Source: Candidatus Multivoradales bacterium
Lineage (GTDB): Bacteria; Acidobacteriota; Thermoanaerobaculia; Multivoradales; J023
Assembly (NCBI GenBank): GCA_965248925.1
Contig: CBDFLE010000005.1
Location: 832,001 to 896,000, forward strand
Length of the DNA: 64,000 nucleotides
Direction of reading: 5' to 3'
The position numbers and the translations under genes were made by a program. This document shows positions 9,165 to 18,091 of the stretch, piece by piece. Positions within the stretch are counted from its first letter, which is position 1; each line of letters begins with the position of its first letter. Under the pieces are notes generated by a model. The model was not told where the DNA came from and did no database searches. It saw nothing but the letters and a program-made list of their open reading frames with translations.

Positions 9165-9373
9165 ATGACCAACCAACTACTCACCGAGACTCAGGTAGCC
9201 GACTACCTCAACCTCTCTCCGCGTTCGCTCCAAGCATGGCGGTGCCGTGGTGGTGGGCCGAGGTTCGTGGCCATCTCAAGCCGAGCGGTGCGGTACAGGC
9301 GGGATGATTTGATGCGTGGGTCAGCTCACTGGTGCGGCGGTCGACCTCGGACTCGGACGAGTTCGGAGAATAA
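9165..9373 (+). pseudogene. Excisionase/AlpA-like HTH protein, frameshifted
   Basis: GGAGG SD; MTNQLLTETQVADYLNLSPRSLQAWRCRGGGPRFV..VRYRRDDL. The family-typical tail DAWV..RRSTSD lies in another frame (one base missing near 9311). Confidence 0.8.
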
Positions 9374-9410
9374 AAAAAGACTCCCGAGGAACAGCAGAAA
9401 CCCTCGGGGG
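9372..9410 (-). terminator. Rho-independent terminator (minus strand)
   Basis: Minus strand cccccgagg-loop-cctcgggag, followed by tc and T7. Confidence 0.65.
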
Positions 9411-9429
9411 CCGACGAGGGGACCCCAGT

Positions 9430-9615
9430 TCAACCTCCTGCACTGACTTCACGCCTAAGACGCTCCCGCACTCGCCGCAGTCGCGATGTATCGCCACGGA
9501 AGCGGCTGATCTTGGCGTCGAGAACGGCGATCAAGCCTTCGTGGTCAACACCGATGATCCGCTCGGGGTCGAGCAGGTCTCTTGAGTGTTTCCAGGTCCG
9601 CCCGTCTGAGGACAT
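9430..9615 (-). CDS. Small hypothetical protein
   Basis: 61-aa ORF ending just before the terminator; basic helical C-terminus. Confidence 0.45.
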   Translation of the reverse strand: MSSDGRTWKHSRDLLDPERIIGVDHEGLIAVLDAKISRFRGDTSRLRRVRERLRREVSAGG

Positions 9616-9627
9616 CAGCCGACCCGC

Positions 9628-9858
9628 CTACCGGTGGAGTTCGAAGGTCGAGAGCGCCCAATGCCGACTGCCGACCCTGATCTCTGCGTCGATCGCCATA
9701 TGCTGAAGCTCGACGAAAAGTGGGCAGGTCGCTGGGTCACGGCCGAGCAGATACCACACGATCTGATAAACCCTGATGCCGCCCTCCTCTGCTACCAAGA
9801 GCAGGTTCACTACGTCCTCTAACTTGGGTTCGATCGATGACGTTCGCACTACGTACAC
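9628..9858 (-). CDS. Small hypothetical protein
   Basis: 76-aa ORF with protein-like composition, tandem with 9430-9615. Confidence 0.4.
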   Translation of the reverse strand: MYVVRTSSIEPKLEDVVNLLLVAEEGGIRVYQIVWYLLGRDPATCPLFVELQHMAIDAEIRVGSRHWALSTFELHR

Positions 9859-10171
9859 CGTAGCGCCTCGCCGCCGGTTCCTCCCGAATGCCTCGAATTT
9901 GATCTGATCCGGCCTTTGGCAGAAATTCCCCCAGAACGGCGAAACCGATCACGATAGGGCCTTCGCTGCATATCCGTCGGGGCAATTGAGCCGCAACGGC
10001 TAGTTGCAGCAGGAGGCACCATGAGTACAGCACTCATCGCGATTCACCGCGCCGGGCTGGCAATCGACCCGAGCGCGTAAGGCCATTGACTGATGACCGG
10101 TATGGGATCAGTTCCCATGCTGGTCAGTTTTCGCTAAACTGTCGGCGAAAAGGTCGAAGTAATTTGCTTAG

Positions 10172-11668
10172 CAGCCCGTGGCAGAAGTCCGTTTCTACAA
10201 AATGTGGCCTAAATTGAGGCCAGCCGGCGCAGGTGGTCTGATCGAAGATCTTAGTGGCCAATATCCGCTCTCGTGCGGCAGAAGCCAGCTCAGCAAGCTA
10301 CATACGGCGCGAAAGCCCTGTTCGAGAGCCGAAAGAAAGCCCTGAAGGGCCCGTGGAGTGCCGGCTCCATACATTTGACGAAGCAGCAGCCCAAGATTGA
10401 ATCCCGCGATGTGAATCAGCAACCTTTTGCGGATGTTGTCGTGACCTCGAAGGTGGGTCCTTCTCATACCGCCAGTCTCGTAGCAATGGGCAAAGGTGCG
10501 TTCTACTTTCTCTCCTCGACGCCGCGACAGCTCGCGGCCTCGACGACCCTTGATCCGTCGACGGTTGGCATACACCGCTTGCTTCTCCGCCTCTTTGCCG
10601 CACCAGTTGCGTCGGCCTCGATCCGGTTCCGAAATATAGGTTCGAATCTTCCCTTGACGCTGTGCCTTCATGACCGCGTTACTGTGATAGCCCTTGTCAG
10701 CCACCAGCTCTGAACGGACTTTCTCGCTCAAGTGATCGCCAGCCTCCGAATCCTCAACGACATCTTCCAGCACCGCAGCGACTTCATCCAACGTCCGCTC
10801 TAGGCTCGACGTGTCCCCTCGGTCTGCAGGTTGCACCGTCACCGCCACAACCGCACCCGTCTCCATATCCACCGCATGCTCGGCTTTGTGCGCCAGATGC
10901 GTCCGCCCATCCTTCATTCGCGTGACTTTGGCGTCGGGATCGTGGGGGTTCTTCCAGTCGCCGTTCGACGTCTTTTTGTTCTTCCTTTGGCGGTCAAAAC
11001 GCGCCAGATCCGCTCGCGTCGGGGTCTCCACACCCGAAGCCTCGGCCAGGCGCGTGAGAAACTCTTCGTAGCTCTCGCCCGAGTCTCGACGCACGATGCT
11101 GCGCATCGCCGCGTTCGCCTCGAGGGTCGTCGCATCGATGCCCAGCGTCTTTCCCCGGAGCAAGCCAGCCTTCGCCAGTACTTGCAAAGCCCAAGCAAAC
11201 ACCGCCTCATGGGTCTCGAGATCGATCAGGCGACGGGTCCGAGAGAGCGTCGAATGGTCCGGGGTCTGGTCCGAGAGTTCGAAGCCCAGAAAGTCGCGCA
11301 GAGTCATCGAATCCGCAAGTCGCCAAGCGATACCTCGCTCGGAGTCGATACCCTCGAAGAAGCCGATCAGCAGCAACCGAAAATACACCGCGGGCGCCAG
11401 CGAAGGTCGTCCCATGCTCGTAGCGTAAAACCTCGCGCACTGCTCCTCGATAAAGCGATCGAAACCGTGCTTGTCGAGAATCTTGGACAGACGCTCGTAG
11501 AAAGGATGTCCTGGGGACTTGGCCAGCGCCTGGGTTTCCACCCAGAGCTGCCGCTGTCTTCGTTTGCTTCGCCTGCCCATCGCCATGGTCGCTACCTCCC
11601 TCGGGTGGAAAGATTCTACCAGGGAAGATCGCCAAGACGGCCGTAATCGGGACTTTCACCACGGGCTG
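10172..11668 (-). mobile_element. IS1182-like insertion sequence
   Basis: IRs cagcccgtggcagaagtcc / ggactttcaccacgggctg; 4-bp target duplication TTAG (10168-10171 and 11669-11672). Confidence 0.9.
10195..11586 (-). CDS. DDE transposase (IS1182/IS5-like, DUF772 N-terminus)
   Basis: GRPSLAP, PDHSTLSR, GIDATTLEANA, VADKGYH and VERTFAH motifs. Confidence 0.92.
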   Translation of the reverse strand: MAMGRRSKRRQRQLWVETQALAKSPGHPFYERLSKILDKHGFDRFIEEQCARFYATSMGRPSLAPAVYFRLLLIGFFEGIDSERGIAWRLADSMTLRDFLGFELSDQTPDHSTLSRTRRLIDLETHEAVFAWALQVLAKAGLLRGKTLGIDATTLEANAAMRSIVRRDSGESYEEFLTRLAEASGVETPTRADLARFDRQRKNKKTSNGDWKNPHDPDAKVTRMKDGRTHLAHKAEHAVDMETGAVVAVTVQPADRGDTSSLERTLDEVAAVLEDVVEDSEAGDHLSEKVRSELVADKGYHSNAVMKAQRQGKIRTYISEPDRGRRNWCGKEAEKQAVYANRRRIKGRRGRELSRRRGEKVERTFAHCYETGGMRRTHLRGHDNIRKRLLIHIAGFNLGLLLRQMYGAGTPRALQGFLSALEQGFRAVCSLLSWLLPHESGYWPLRSSIRPPAPAGLNLGHIL

Positions 11669-11682
11669 TTAGGGGTGATGCT

Positions 11683-12747
11683 GTGAAGTATGTACGAGCG
11701 CTGCTGGCTGAAGCTCTGCGGAAGGATCCGACACTTCTGCTTCAAGAACGTCGGTTCTGGAAACGCGATGTTTTTGCGCTGCTACTGGAGCGGAGCGACG
11801 ACTTACTCCTCGATGATCCCAAGGAAGCGCGGGCGCTAGCCAAGCTCGCTCCACACCTTGCGCGCAGAATCGCCGACCTCGATCCGGTTGTCAATCTTGA
11901 TCAGATGCTTTTCACTGCCTACTGCGTCCTCGGCTCGTCACAGCGAGCGTCGGGCGACCTCGCTGCCGCGATGGCATCGTACAAAAGGGCAGCGGCACGA
12001 CAAGTGCCTCGTCTCGAAGTTGCCGACCTTCTCCGCCGTAAGGCGTACCTCTTTCGAGATCTTCGCGATCACGAGCAGGCAATTGCCTGCGTCGACGAGG
12101 CCATTCTCATTCACCGAATGGAAAGTGACTTCGTGGATCGACACCACTTCGGGTGCTGCCAACTCGCACGCGGTCAGATAGAGCTTGAACTCCCCAACCC
12201 ATCAGCAGCGATCAGCTTCATCAGCACTGCCCTCAACCATCTCGATGTTCAGCGCGACCCGAAAACCTACTACGCTGCACTCCACAATCTGACCCTGGCG
12301 CTGGTCGATGGCGGTTCAACCGCCGAGCTAGCAGCATCGCTGCACAAGCTCGAAAGCGCCCACCGTCTGCTTAGCATGCTCAAGAAGCGTGAACTCGCCA
12401 AATACAAACTCTGCGGGCTGAAAGGGCTCATCCACGTCAGACTCGGCGCACGCCGAAAGGGTGAGCTGCTGCTACGCAAGGCACGCCAACACTTGGTTGC
12501 GCTTGAAGTTCCCTACGAGGTGGGCGTAATCTCGCTCGACTTGGCCTGCATGTATCTAGAGGAAGGTAGGGATCGGGAAATAGAGACGCTGGCTCGCGAC
12601 ACCTACCGCTGCTTTCGAGCGCTCTCCGTCGAACGAGAAGCGTTGGCGGCGCTTTCACTCTGGACGACGGCGATCAAGAAGCGCCAGCTCAGCGAAGAGC
12701 TACTCGGAAACGTGCGAGAAAAGCTCACGGCCTTTGCTGCGCCGTGA
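11683..12747 (+). CDS. TPR-like all-helical protein
   Basis: Repeated helical TPR-like units (LGSSQRASGDLAAAMASY, ALHNLTLAL, SLDLACMYLEEG); SD AGGGGTGA; no signal peptide. Confidence 0.8.
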   Translation: MKYVRALLAEALRKDPTLLLQERRFWKRDVFALLLERSDDLLLDDPKEARALAKLAPHLARRIADLDPVVNLDQMLFTAYCVLGSSQRASGDLAAAMASYKRAAARQVPRLEVADLLRRKAYLFRDLRDHEQAIACVDEAILIHRMESDFVDRHHFGCCQLARGQIELELPNPSAAISFISTALNHLDVQRDPKTYYAALHNLTLALVDGGSTAELAASLHKLESAHRLLSMLKKRELAKYKLCGLKGLIHVRLGARRKGELLLRKARQHLVALEVPYEVGVISLDLACMYLEEGRDREIETLARDTYRCFRALSVEREALAALSLWTTAIKKRQLSEELLGNVREKLTAFAAP

Positions 12748-12854
12748 GTAACCGCCGCCAGAGATCCACTCAACCAAACTCTTGGAACCAATGCGGTCCC
12801 AACCGGGTCTGTCTCTTTGTGTCCTGAGAATGTCCAATGGGAAGGAGAACAGCA

Positions 12855-13436
12855 ATGCGTATTGCCTCGACTGTCGCCCTCCTGGCGCTCGCTATCGCGG
12901 GCGTCACCATGCTCTCTACCGCACCACACACGGGTGCCGACGAGCCCGTCGAGTCTGGCGAATTCTGGTTCGATCCCGATCCGGAACACGTCTTGATCTC
13001 GGCTCGCTTCTCCAATAATCAGACCGCGAATGTCTGGATCTACGACCTCTTCGCCGACGGACACTTGACCTACCGGCTGACGACTCAGCGTGGTGAGGAT
13101 TACGACAACACGGTCGAGCAGGATCTTTCCTTTGAAGATACCCGCGCACTGGTCGGTCTCGCTGTCGACGGTAGGTTGATGGACTACGAAGCCGTCCGAG
13201 TCAGGGCCGCAATGGGTCCCGTCACCCACTATCGATCCCACACCGGAACTGTGCGGCTGAAGATAGATCTGCCGCACTACCAACGCCCCGGCCAGGACGA
13301 TGCGCCGGCTGTCATCGAGATCAGCGTCGGCGACGTTGCCGGTAAGGCGAAACGGTATCCGAACATCCCAGAAATTCAAGCCCTCTCGACACTCTTTAGT
13401 GCACTGCGCAGCCACCGGAAGGTGGTGGCGCCATGA
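12855..13436 (+). CDS. Secreted/periplasmic hypothetical protein
   Basis: SD AAGGAG, hydrophobic signal peptide, paralog at 5073; ATGA overlap with the next gene. Confidence 0.8.
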   Translation: MRIASTVALLALAIAGVTMLSTAPHTGADEPVESGEFWFDPDPEHVLISARFSNNQTANVWIYDLFADGHLTYRLTTQRGEDYDNTVEQDLSFEDTRALVGLAVDGRLMDYEAVRVRAAMGPVTHYRSHTGTVRLKIDLPHYQRPGQDDAPAVIEISVGDVAGKAKRYPNIPEIQALSTLFSALRSHRKVVAP

Positions 13437-13505
13437 CTCGCTTTCGCAGTTTTGCCTGGCTCGTCCGGAATGTGTCAATGAAAGTGAGACACTTTCTTCT
13501 GGGAA

Positions 13506-14627
13506 TTAGTACGGAATCGGTAGTGGCTCCGGCACCATCGCTTTCAGCGAGGGCGCGCAGCCAGGGGTCTCGCCTGGTGCGTCGTTGTGTACGCGGTGTG
13601 TCACTACGTTCTCGGTATCGACTGGGTCAGTGCTGGCGGCGGTGGTCGGCGGGTTGATCCAGACCTTGTCACTGGGCTCCGGCAAAGCCGGCGCTCGCCG
13701 CTTGAAGCGGCTTGGATGAGCGGCTGAGGCGGCGGCGAGGACTTCTCGACGTTGCTCCAGTACTGAGGCCGTGAGGCCGTAGTGGACGGTCTCTGGCGTC
13801 AACAAGCCGAGTCCTGTGTGGTAGTGCTGCGTGTTGTACCAGCCGATGAACGAGCGGCAGAATGCTCGTGCATCTTCCAGTGATCCGAAGCGGTCGGGAA
13901 AGCTCGGATGGTACTTGAGCGTCTTGAACTGGGCCTCAGAGAACGGATTGTCGTTGCTCGTGTAGGGCCGGTTCAGCGACCGTGTCATCCCGAGATCGGC
14001 CAGCAGTAGAGCCACTGGCTTGGATGTCATGCTCGAACCGCGGTCCGAGTGCAAGGTAAGTCGATCTCGCTCAACACCTTGCTTCTCAACACTGTCGGCG
14101 ATCAACCGCTTCGCGAGCCCTCCGGACTCGCGGCAGGCGAGCATCCAGCCGACGATGTAGCGGCTGAAGACGTCCAGAATTACGTAAAGGTAGTAGTGGG
14201 TCCACTTCACCGGGCCCTTGAGCTTGGTGATGTCCCACGACCACACCTCGTTCGGCCCTGTGGCCAGCAGTTCGGGCTTGGTGTAGTTGGGATGACGCCG
14301 CTGACGGCGTCGCTCGCGCAGCTCGCCCTCAGACTCCAGGACCCGGTACATGGTGCGCACCGAGCAGATATGGCGCTGATCCTCGTCCAGCAGCGCCGCC
14401 CAGACTTGACGCGGCGAGCGGTCGACGAAGCGCTCCGAGTGCAACACATCGAGGACCTCCTGGCGTTCAGCGGGCGTCAATGCCAGCGGCGGTCGAGGCC
14501 GCGTTGATAGCTGCGGCCCTGCGCTCTGCTGCCGACGGCGGCGATAGAAAGTGGCTCTGGGGACCGCCAAGGCGACGCAGGCTGCTTGCACCCCCACCGT
14601 CTCGGCCAGCGGCGCCACAGCGCTCAT
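13506..14627 (-). CDS. IS3-family transposase OrfB (integrase core)
   Basis: WSWDIT, LHSDRGS and NPFSEAQFKTLK DDE motifs. Confidence 0.93.
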   Translation of the reverse strand: MSAVAPLAETVGVQAACVALAVPRATFYRRRRQQSAGPQLSTRPRPPLALTPAERQEVLDVLHSERFVDRSPRQVWAALLDEDQRHICSVRTMYRVLESEGELRERRRQRRHPNYTKPELLATGPNEVWSWDITKLKGPVKWTHYYLYVILDVFSRYIVGWMLACRESGGLAKRLIADSVEKQGVERDRLTLHSDRGSSMTSKPVALLLADLGMTRSLNRPYTSNDNPFSEAQFKTLKYHPSFPDRFGSLEDARAFCRSFIGWYNTQHYHTGLGLLTPETVHYGLTASVLEQRREVLAAASAAHPSRFKRRAPALPEPSDKVWINPPTTAASTDPVDTENVVTHRVHNDAPGETPGCAPSLKAMVPEPLPIPY

Positions 14628-15037
14628 GGCTGGCTCTCGCTCGGCTCGATCCCTAGCAGCCGGGAAAGTTTTTTTTGGACATCGATGATCGTCTCGGCTT
14701 TGTACAGCTGATGCTTGAGCCGGGCATTCTCACGCTCAAGCTCCGCGACGCGGCGGGCCTCGGCAGAGACCGGTCGACGCTTGCGACCGCGCTTCTTCGA
14801 CAGACCGGCCAGAGCTCCCGTGTCGCGCTGACGGCGCCACGTCGACAGTAGCGAGGAATACAGACCCTCCTGGCGAAGCAGGGCGCCAATCTCGCCGGGC
14901 TTGCTACAGGCGTCGGCGGCCTGGACGATGCGCAGCTTGTACGACGCGCTGTACCGCCGCCGCTTCGCCTTCTCAGCTACCTCGGGATCTGGTCGGTCAG
15001 CACCCATATCTCGCAGCTCGTGGCTTGGACTCGCCAT
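14624..15037 (-). CDS. IS3-family transposase OrfA
   Basis: RRRYSASYKLRIV HTH region and coiled coil. A8C slippery run (T8 at 14669-14676 on +) whose -1 frame is open into OrfB. Confidence 0.9.
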   Translation of the reverse strand: MASPSHELRDMGADRPDPEVAEKAKRRRYSASYKLRIVQAADACSKPGEIGALLRQEGLYSSLLSTWRRQRDTGALAGLSKKRGRKRRPVSAEARRVAELERENARLKHQLYKAETIIDVQKKLSRLLGIEPSESQP

Positions 15038-16349
15038 GGTGATTGCTCTCCACACCCTCACTAATTTCTCGGTACTTGAGTGTCTCACTTACATTGGCAC
15101 AGAGGGGTCTGGCTGGTTATCTCGCCAGTACACGCCGGCAGCTACACCGGCGTGTCGGTCTGCTCGGATGGTGACGGTGTTCCGGCCGACTGTAAAGCGG
15201 GACGGTTCACCTCATCCCCTGGAAACACCGTGCCACCGTTCGCCATCACTCACCCTCCCGGCTACAGTGGCGGCGGTGGGGCTCGGCAGTATCGAATCTG
15301 CGTAGACAAGAGCAGTGAAGTCCTGACTCCTCCATTGTCCCGAGCTATCGCGACGTGGAACGCGCTACAACCGACCACGGGCAACTGCTCGGGATCGGGC
15401 TGCAAGACGTGGGAAGAGGCTGCGCCGCTCATGACCGCTGACGCTGAGACGGTGTTGCTCCATGAGCTTGGCCATTGCCCGCTCGGCTTGGGTCATCCTG
15501 ATCGGCCCTGGGATGCTGGCGATGATGGCATCTGGGAGTCCACGAGCTTTACCCGGTCCTGGAGAGTCGCGGCACCGCCGGTCGGAATTGTGACCGGCCC
15601 TGATTTTCTGCGTGGCACCCTCGACGATGAGCAATTTGGTTTCGGCGGCATGCGCGCACAGTCCGTCTCCTGGTTTCGGATCGCCGACAATGACCCGGTG
15701 GTCGTTGACGGAACTATCATCGACATCAACACCTACTCGCGCTCAACCGCAGGCGATTTGCCGGCCGGCCACAGCTGGGCAGCCAACGCCAACCGAGTTA
15801 CGGCTGAGCAGCTCGGCGCCCCGAACACGCAAGCGGTGATGTACAGCCTCGTGTCTGACAGCGAGATCAAGCGCCAGCTATCGGCCGATGACGTGAACAT
15901 GGCGCGGATGGCACGGACGGGTCAGGACTCAGTTGCTGGCACGGCTGACGATTACACCGTCGAGCTCGTGCTCGTCGACTCCTGCGACAGTGGCGCGGAT
16001 GTGATCGTCTTCTTCTCAGACGTGACCGACGACCAAGGCAATCCACTCGACCTCGCCGGCTTCTGCTCGCCAAGCGGGGTCGATTTCTCGTTTCCTCAAA
16101 ACCCGCTCTTGGCTCGGCATGTCTCCCTGGTCTCGGAGGGTGGCGGCGCCTTTGTCTTGACGCTGAATAGCTTGCTTGACTGGATCTTCGGCGAGGAGGT
16201 CTTCGCGGCTGGCTTCGAAACCGGCGACACGTCCGAATGGGATGTCGTCGTAGCGGCGGCGCCAGAATCGCCATAGCGAGTAAGCATGACCAGGCTGCTC
16301 CACGAGCTACGCTATGCGTAACCACAGTACTGCAAAGCACCCTCTCGCC

Positions 16350-16371
16350 TGGTTACTTGATGGTTACTTGC
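16350..16371 (+). promoter_or_regulatory. Putative integrase arm-type binding sites (2 x 11 bp)
   Basis: TGGTTACTTGA-TGGTTACTTGC matches 5887-5908. An IHF-like AATCAGTTAGTTG lies on the minus strand at ~16411-16423. Confidence 0.7.
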
Positions 16372-16433
16372 AATTTCGAGCGACAACCGAAGAGCCGCCC
16401 GAAGCACTCGCAACTAACTGATTCTAAAGAGAA

Positions 16434-16514
<81 letters not shown>

Positions 16515-16530
16515 GTGGAGTTGCGTGATC

Positions 16531-17961
16531 CTAGCAGGGCTCTGCATCTCTTTTCTCGCCACCTCCAAGTTCGCGCAGGCGATCTTCTAGCGGCTTGAGA
16601 TCGGCTTCGCCAACAGTACGTAAATCGAGCCACAGAGCGGCGGCGTGAAGACGGCCGAGGATCGGCGGGTCGCCACGCCGCAATTGCGCGGCCAGCTGGT
16701 CGACGGAGCCGCCGCGAGGCACTAAGCGCAGCGCCCAGCTACTGTAGTCGCGAGCCGGCAAGGAACCACTACCGGCCTGCGCCTGGCTGGGGGCGGCTTG
16801 GAGGTCAAAACCCGGCAGGTCGGCCAAGGACGCGGCTAACCGCCGCGCACGCTGTTCGAGCTGACTCTCATCCATCAACAAGCGTGACAAGGCCGGAATC
16901 TGGTCAACGACCTGGGTAGGTTCGTCGAGATAGAGCCGCAATGTGGCTTCAAGAGCGGTGTAGGTTAAACGCCCCGGACGCAAGGCGCGGAAAAGAGGAT
17001 GGCGACGGCAGAGCTCGATGCCTTCTACACTGCCAGCCAAAATTCCCGCCTGTGGACCTCCGAGTAGCTTGTCGCCGCTGAAGCACACCAAGTCGGCACC
17101 GGCGGCAATCGACTCTTGTACCCGCTGCTCTCCAGACCGACCATGGCGAGCTAGGTCGAGCAGCGAGCCGGACCCCAGATCATGCACCACCGGCACACCC
17201 CGACCGCGGCCGATCTCGACCAGGGTTGCCAGGTCGACTTCGCCGGTGTATCCCACCAGCCGGTAGTTCGAAGTATGCACCTTGAGCAGCAAGCCGGTGG
17301 CGGGATTGATCGCTCGATCATAGTCGGCGGCGTGGGTACGATTGGTGGTGCCGACACCCACCAGTTGGCAGCCACTCTCTTCGAGAATGTCGGGAATGCG
17401 GTAGGAACCGCCGATCTCCACCATCTCTCCACGCGACAGCACGACCTCTCGACCCCTCGCCAAGGCGGCCAGAATCAGCAGCGTGGCGGCGGCGTTGTTG
17501 TTCACCACGGTCGCCGCCGGGCAGCCCAGAAGCTGGCACAGCAGCTGCTCGCATCCACGATCCCGTCCTCCTCTCTGGCCACTGTGCAAGCGGATCTCGA
17601 CTCGCTGAGGATGGCCGGCGGTTTGGGCGAGCGCCGCAACCGCTGCCGCCGGCAGAGGTGCTCGGCCCAAACCGGTGTGCAGAATCACCCCGCTGGCGTT
17701 GATCACCCGCCGGTAGTAGGGCCGCCGGCCATCGAGCCGAACGGCGATGACGGCGGCTAGACGCGATGGCTCGAACGCCCGTGGGTTGAGCGGCGCCACC
17801 TGAACTTGCTGGCGTAGTTCATCTAGGTGCTGACGCAAGCTGCGCAGCACGGACTGCCGAGAGTGCCGCTGCAAGACCTCGGTGAAGGCGTCCGAAACTA
17901 CCAACCGATCAACTTGTGGGATACGGCGTAGCGTGGCGTGCAGCCCTTGGCGGTCCGTCAT
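16531..17961 (-). CDS. selA: L-seryl-tRNA(Sec) selenium transferase
   Basis: VINASGVILHTGLGRAP, VVNNNAAA, VEIGGSYRIPD and FSGDKLLGGPQAG motifs. Confidence 0.95.
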   Translation of the reverse strand: MTDRQGLHATLRRIPQVDRLVVSDAFTEVLQRHSRQSVLRSLRQHLDELRQQVQVAPLNPRAFEPSRLAAVIAVRLDGRRPYYRRVINASGVILHTGLGRAPLPAAAVAALAQTAGHPQRVEIRLHSGQRGGRDRGCEQLLCQLLGCPAATVVNNNAAATLLILAALARGREVVLSRGEMVEIGGSYRIPDILEESGCQLVGVGTTNRTHAADYDRAINPATGLLLKVHTSNYRLVGYTGEVDLATLVEIGRGRGVPVVHDLGSGSLLDLARHGRSGEQRVQESIAAGADLVCFSGDKLLGGPQAGILAGSVEGIELCRRHPLFRALRPGRLTYTALEATLRLYLDEPTQVVDQIPALSRLLMDESQLEQRARRLAASLADLPGFDLQAAPSQAQAGSGSLPARDYSSWALRLVPRGGSVDQLAAQLRRGDPPILGRLHAAALWLDLRTVGEADLKPLEDRLRELGGGEKRDAEPC

Positions 17962-18091
17962 CACGGCAGTATACGTGGATCTCCCCCGCCGTTCGGCTCA
18001 GCTGCCATCGTCCTGACCGTGGACGCTGAGGGCGCTGGCGACTACACTGAGGGCATCGTCAGGTAACCAGTGCCCGGGGGGCCCCAGAAGA

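Larger units (their letters stand above)
13466..15106 (-). mobile_element. IS3-family-like insertion sequence
   Basis: Subterminal IRs tgtgtcaatgaaagtgagacact (13471-13493) and agtgtctcacttacattggcaca (15079-15101); GTC duplication at 13463-13465 and 15107-15109. Confidence 0.88.
13433..16276 (+). pseudogene. Secreted metzincin-like metalloprotease interrupted by an IS in its signal peptide
   Basis: Removing 13466-15109 restores MTRFRSFAWLVWLVISPVHA-GSY in frame. HELGHCPLGLGH zinc motif, AVMY Met-turn, C-terminal VFAAGFETGDTSEW. Confidence 0.85.

Noticed and set aside
15080-15109. Start of the 398-aa ORF at 15080
   Set aside because: It lies inside the IS end; the real start is ATG 13433 on the other side of the IS.
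5760-16433. Intact prophage, ICE or known anti-phage defence system
   Set aside because: No structural, terminase, relaxase, T4SS or recognisable defence domains.
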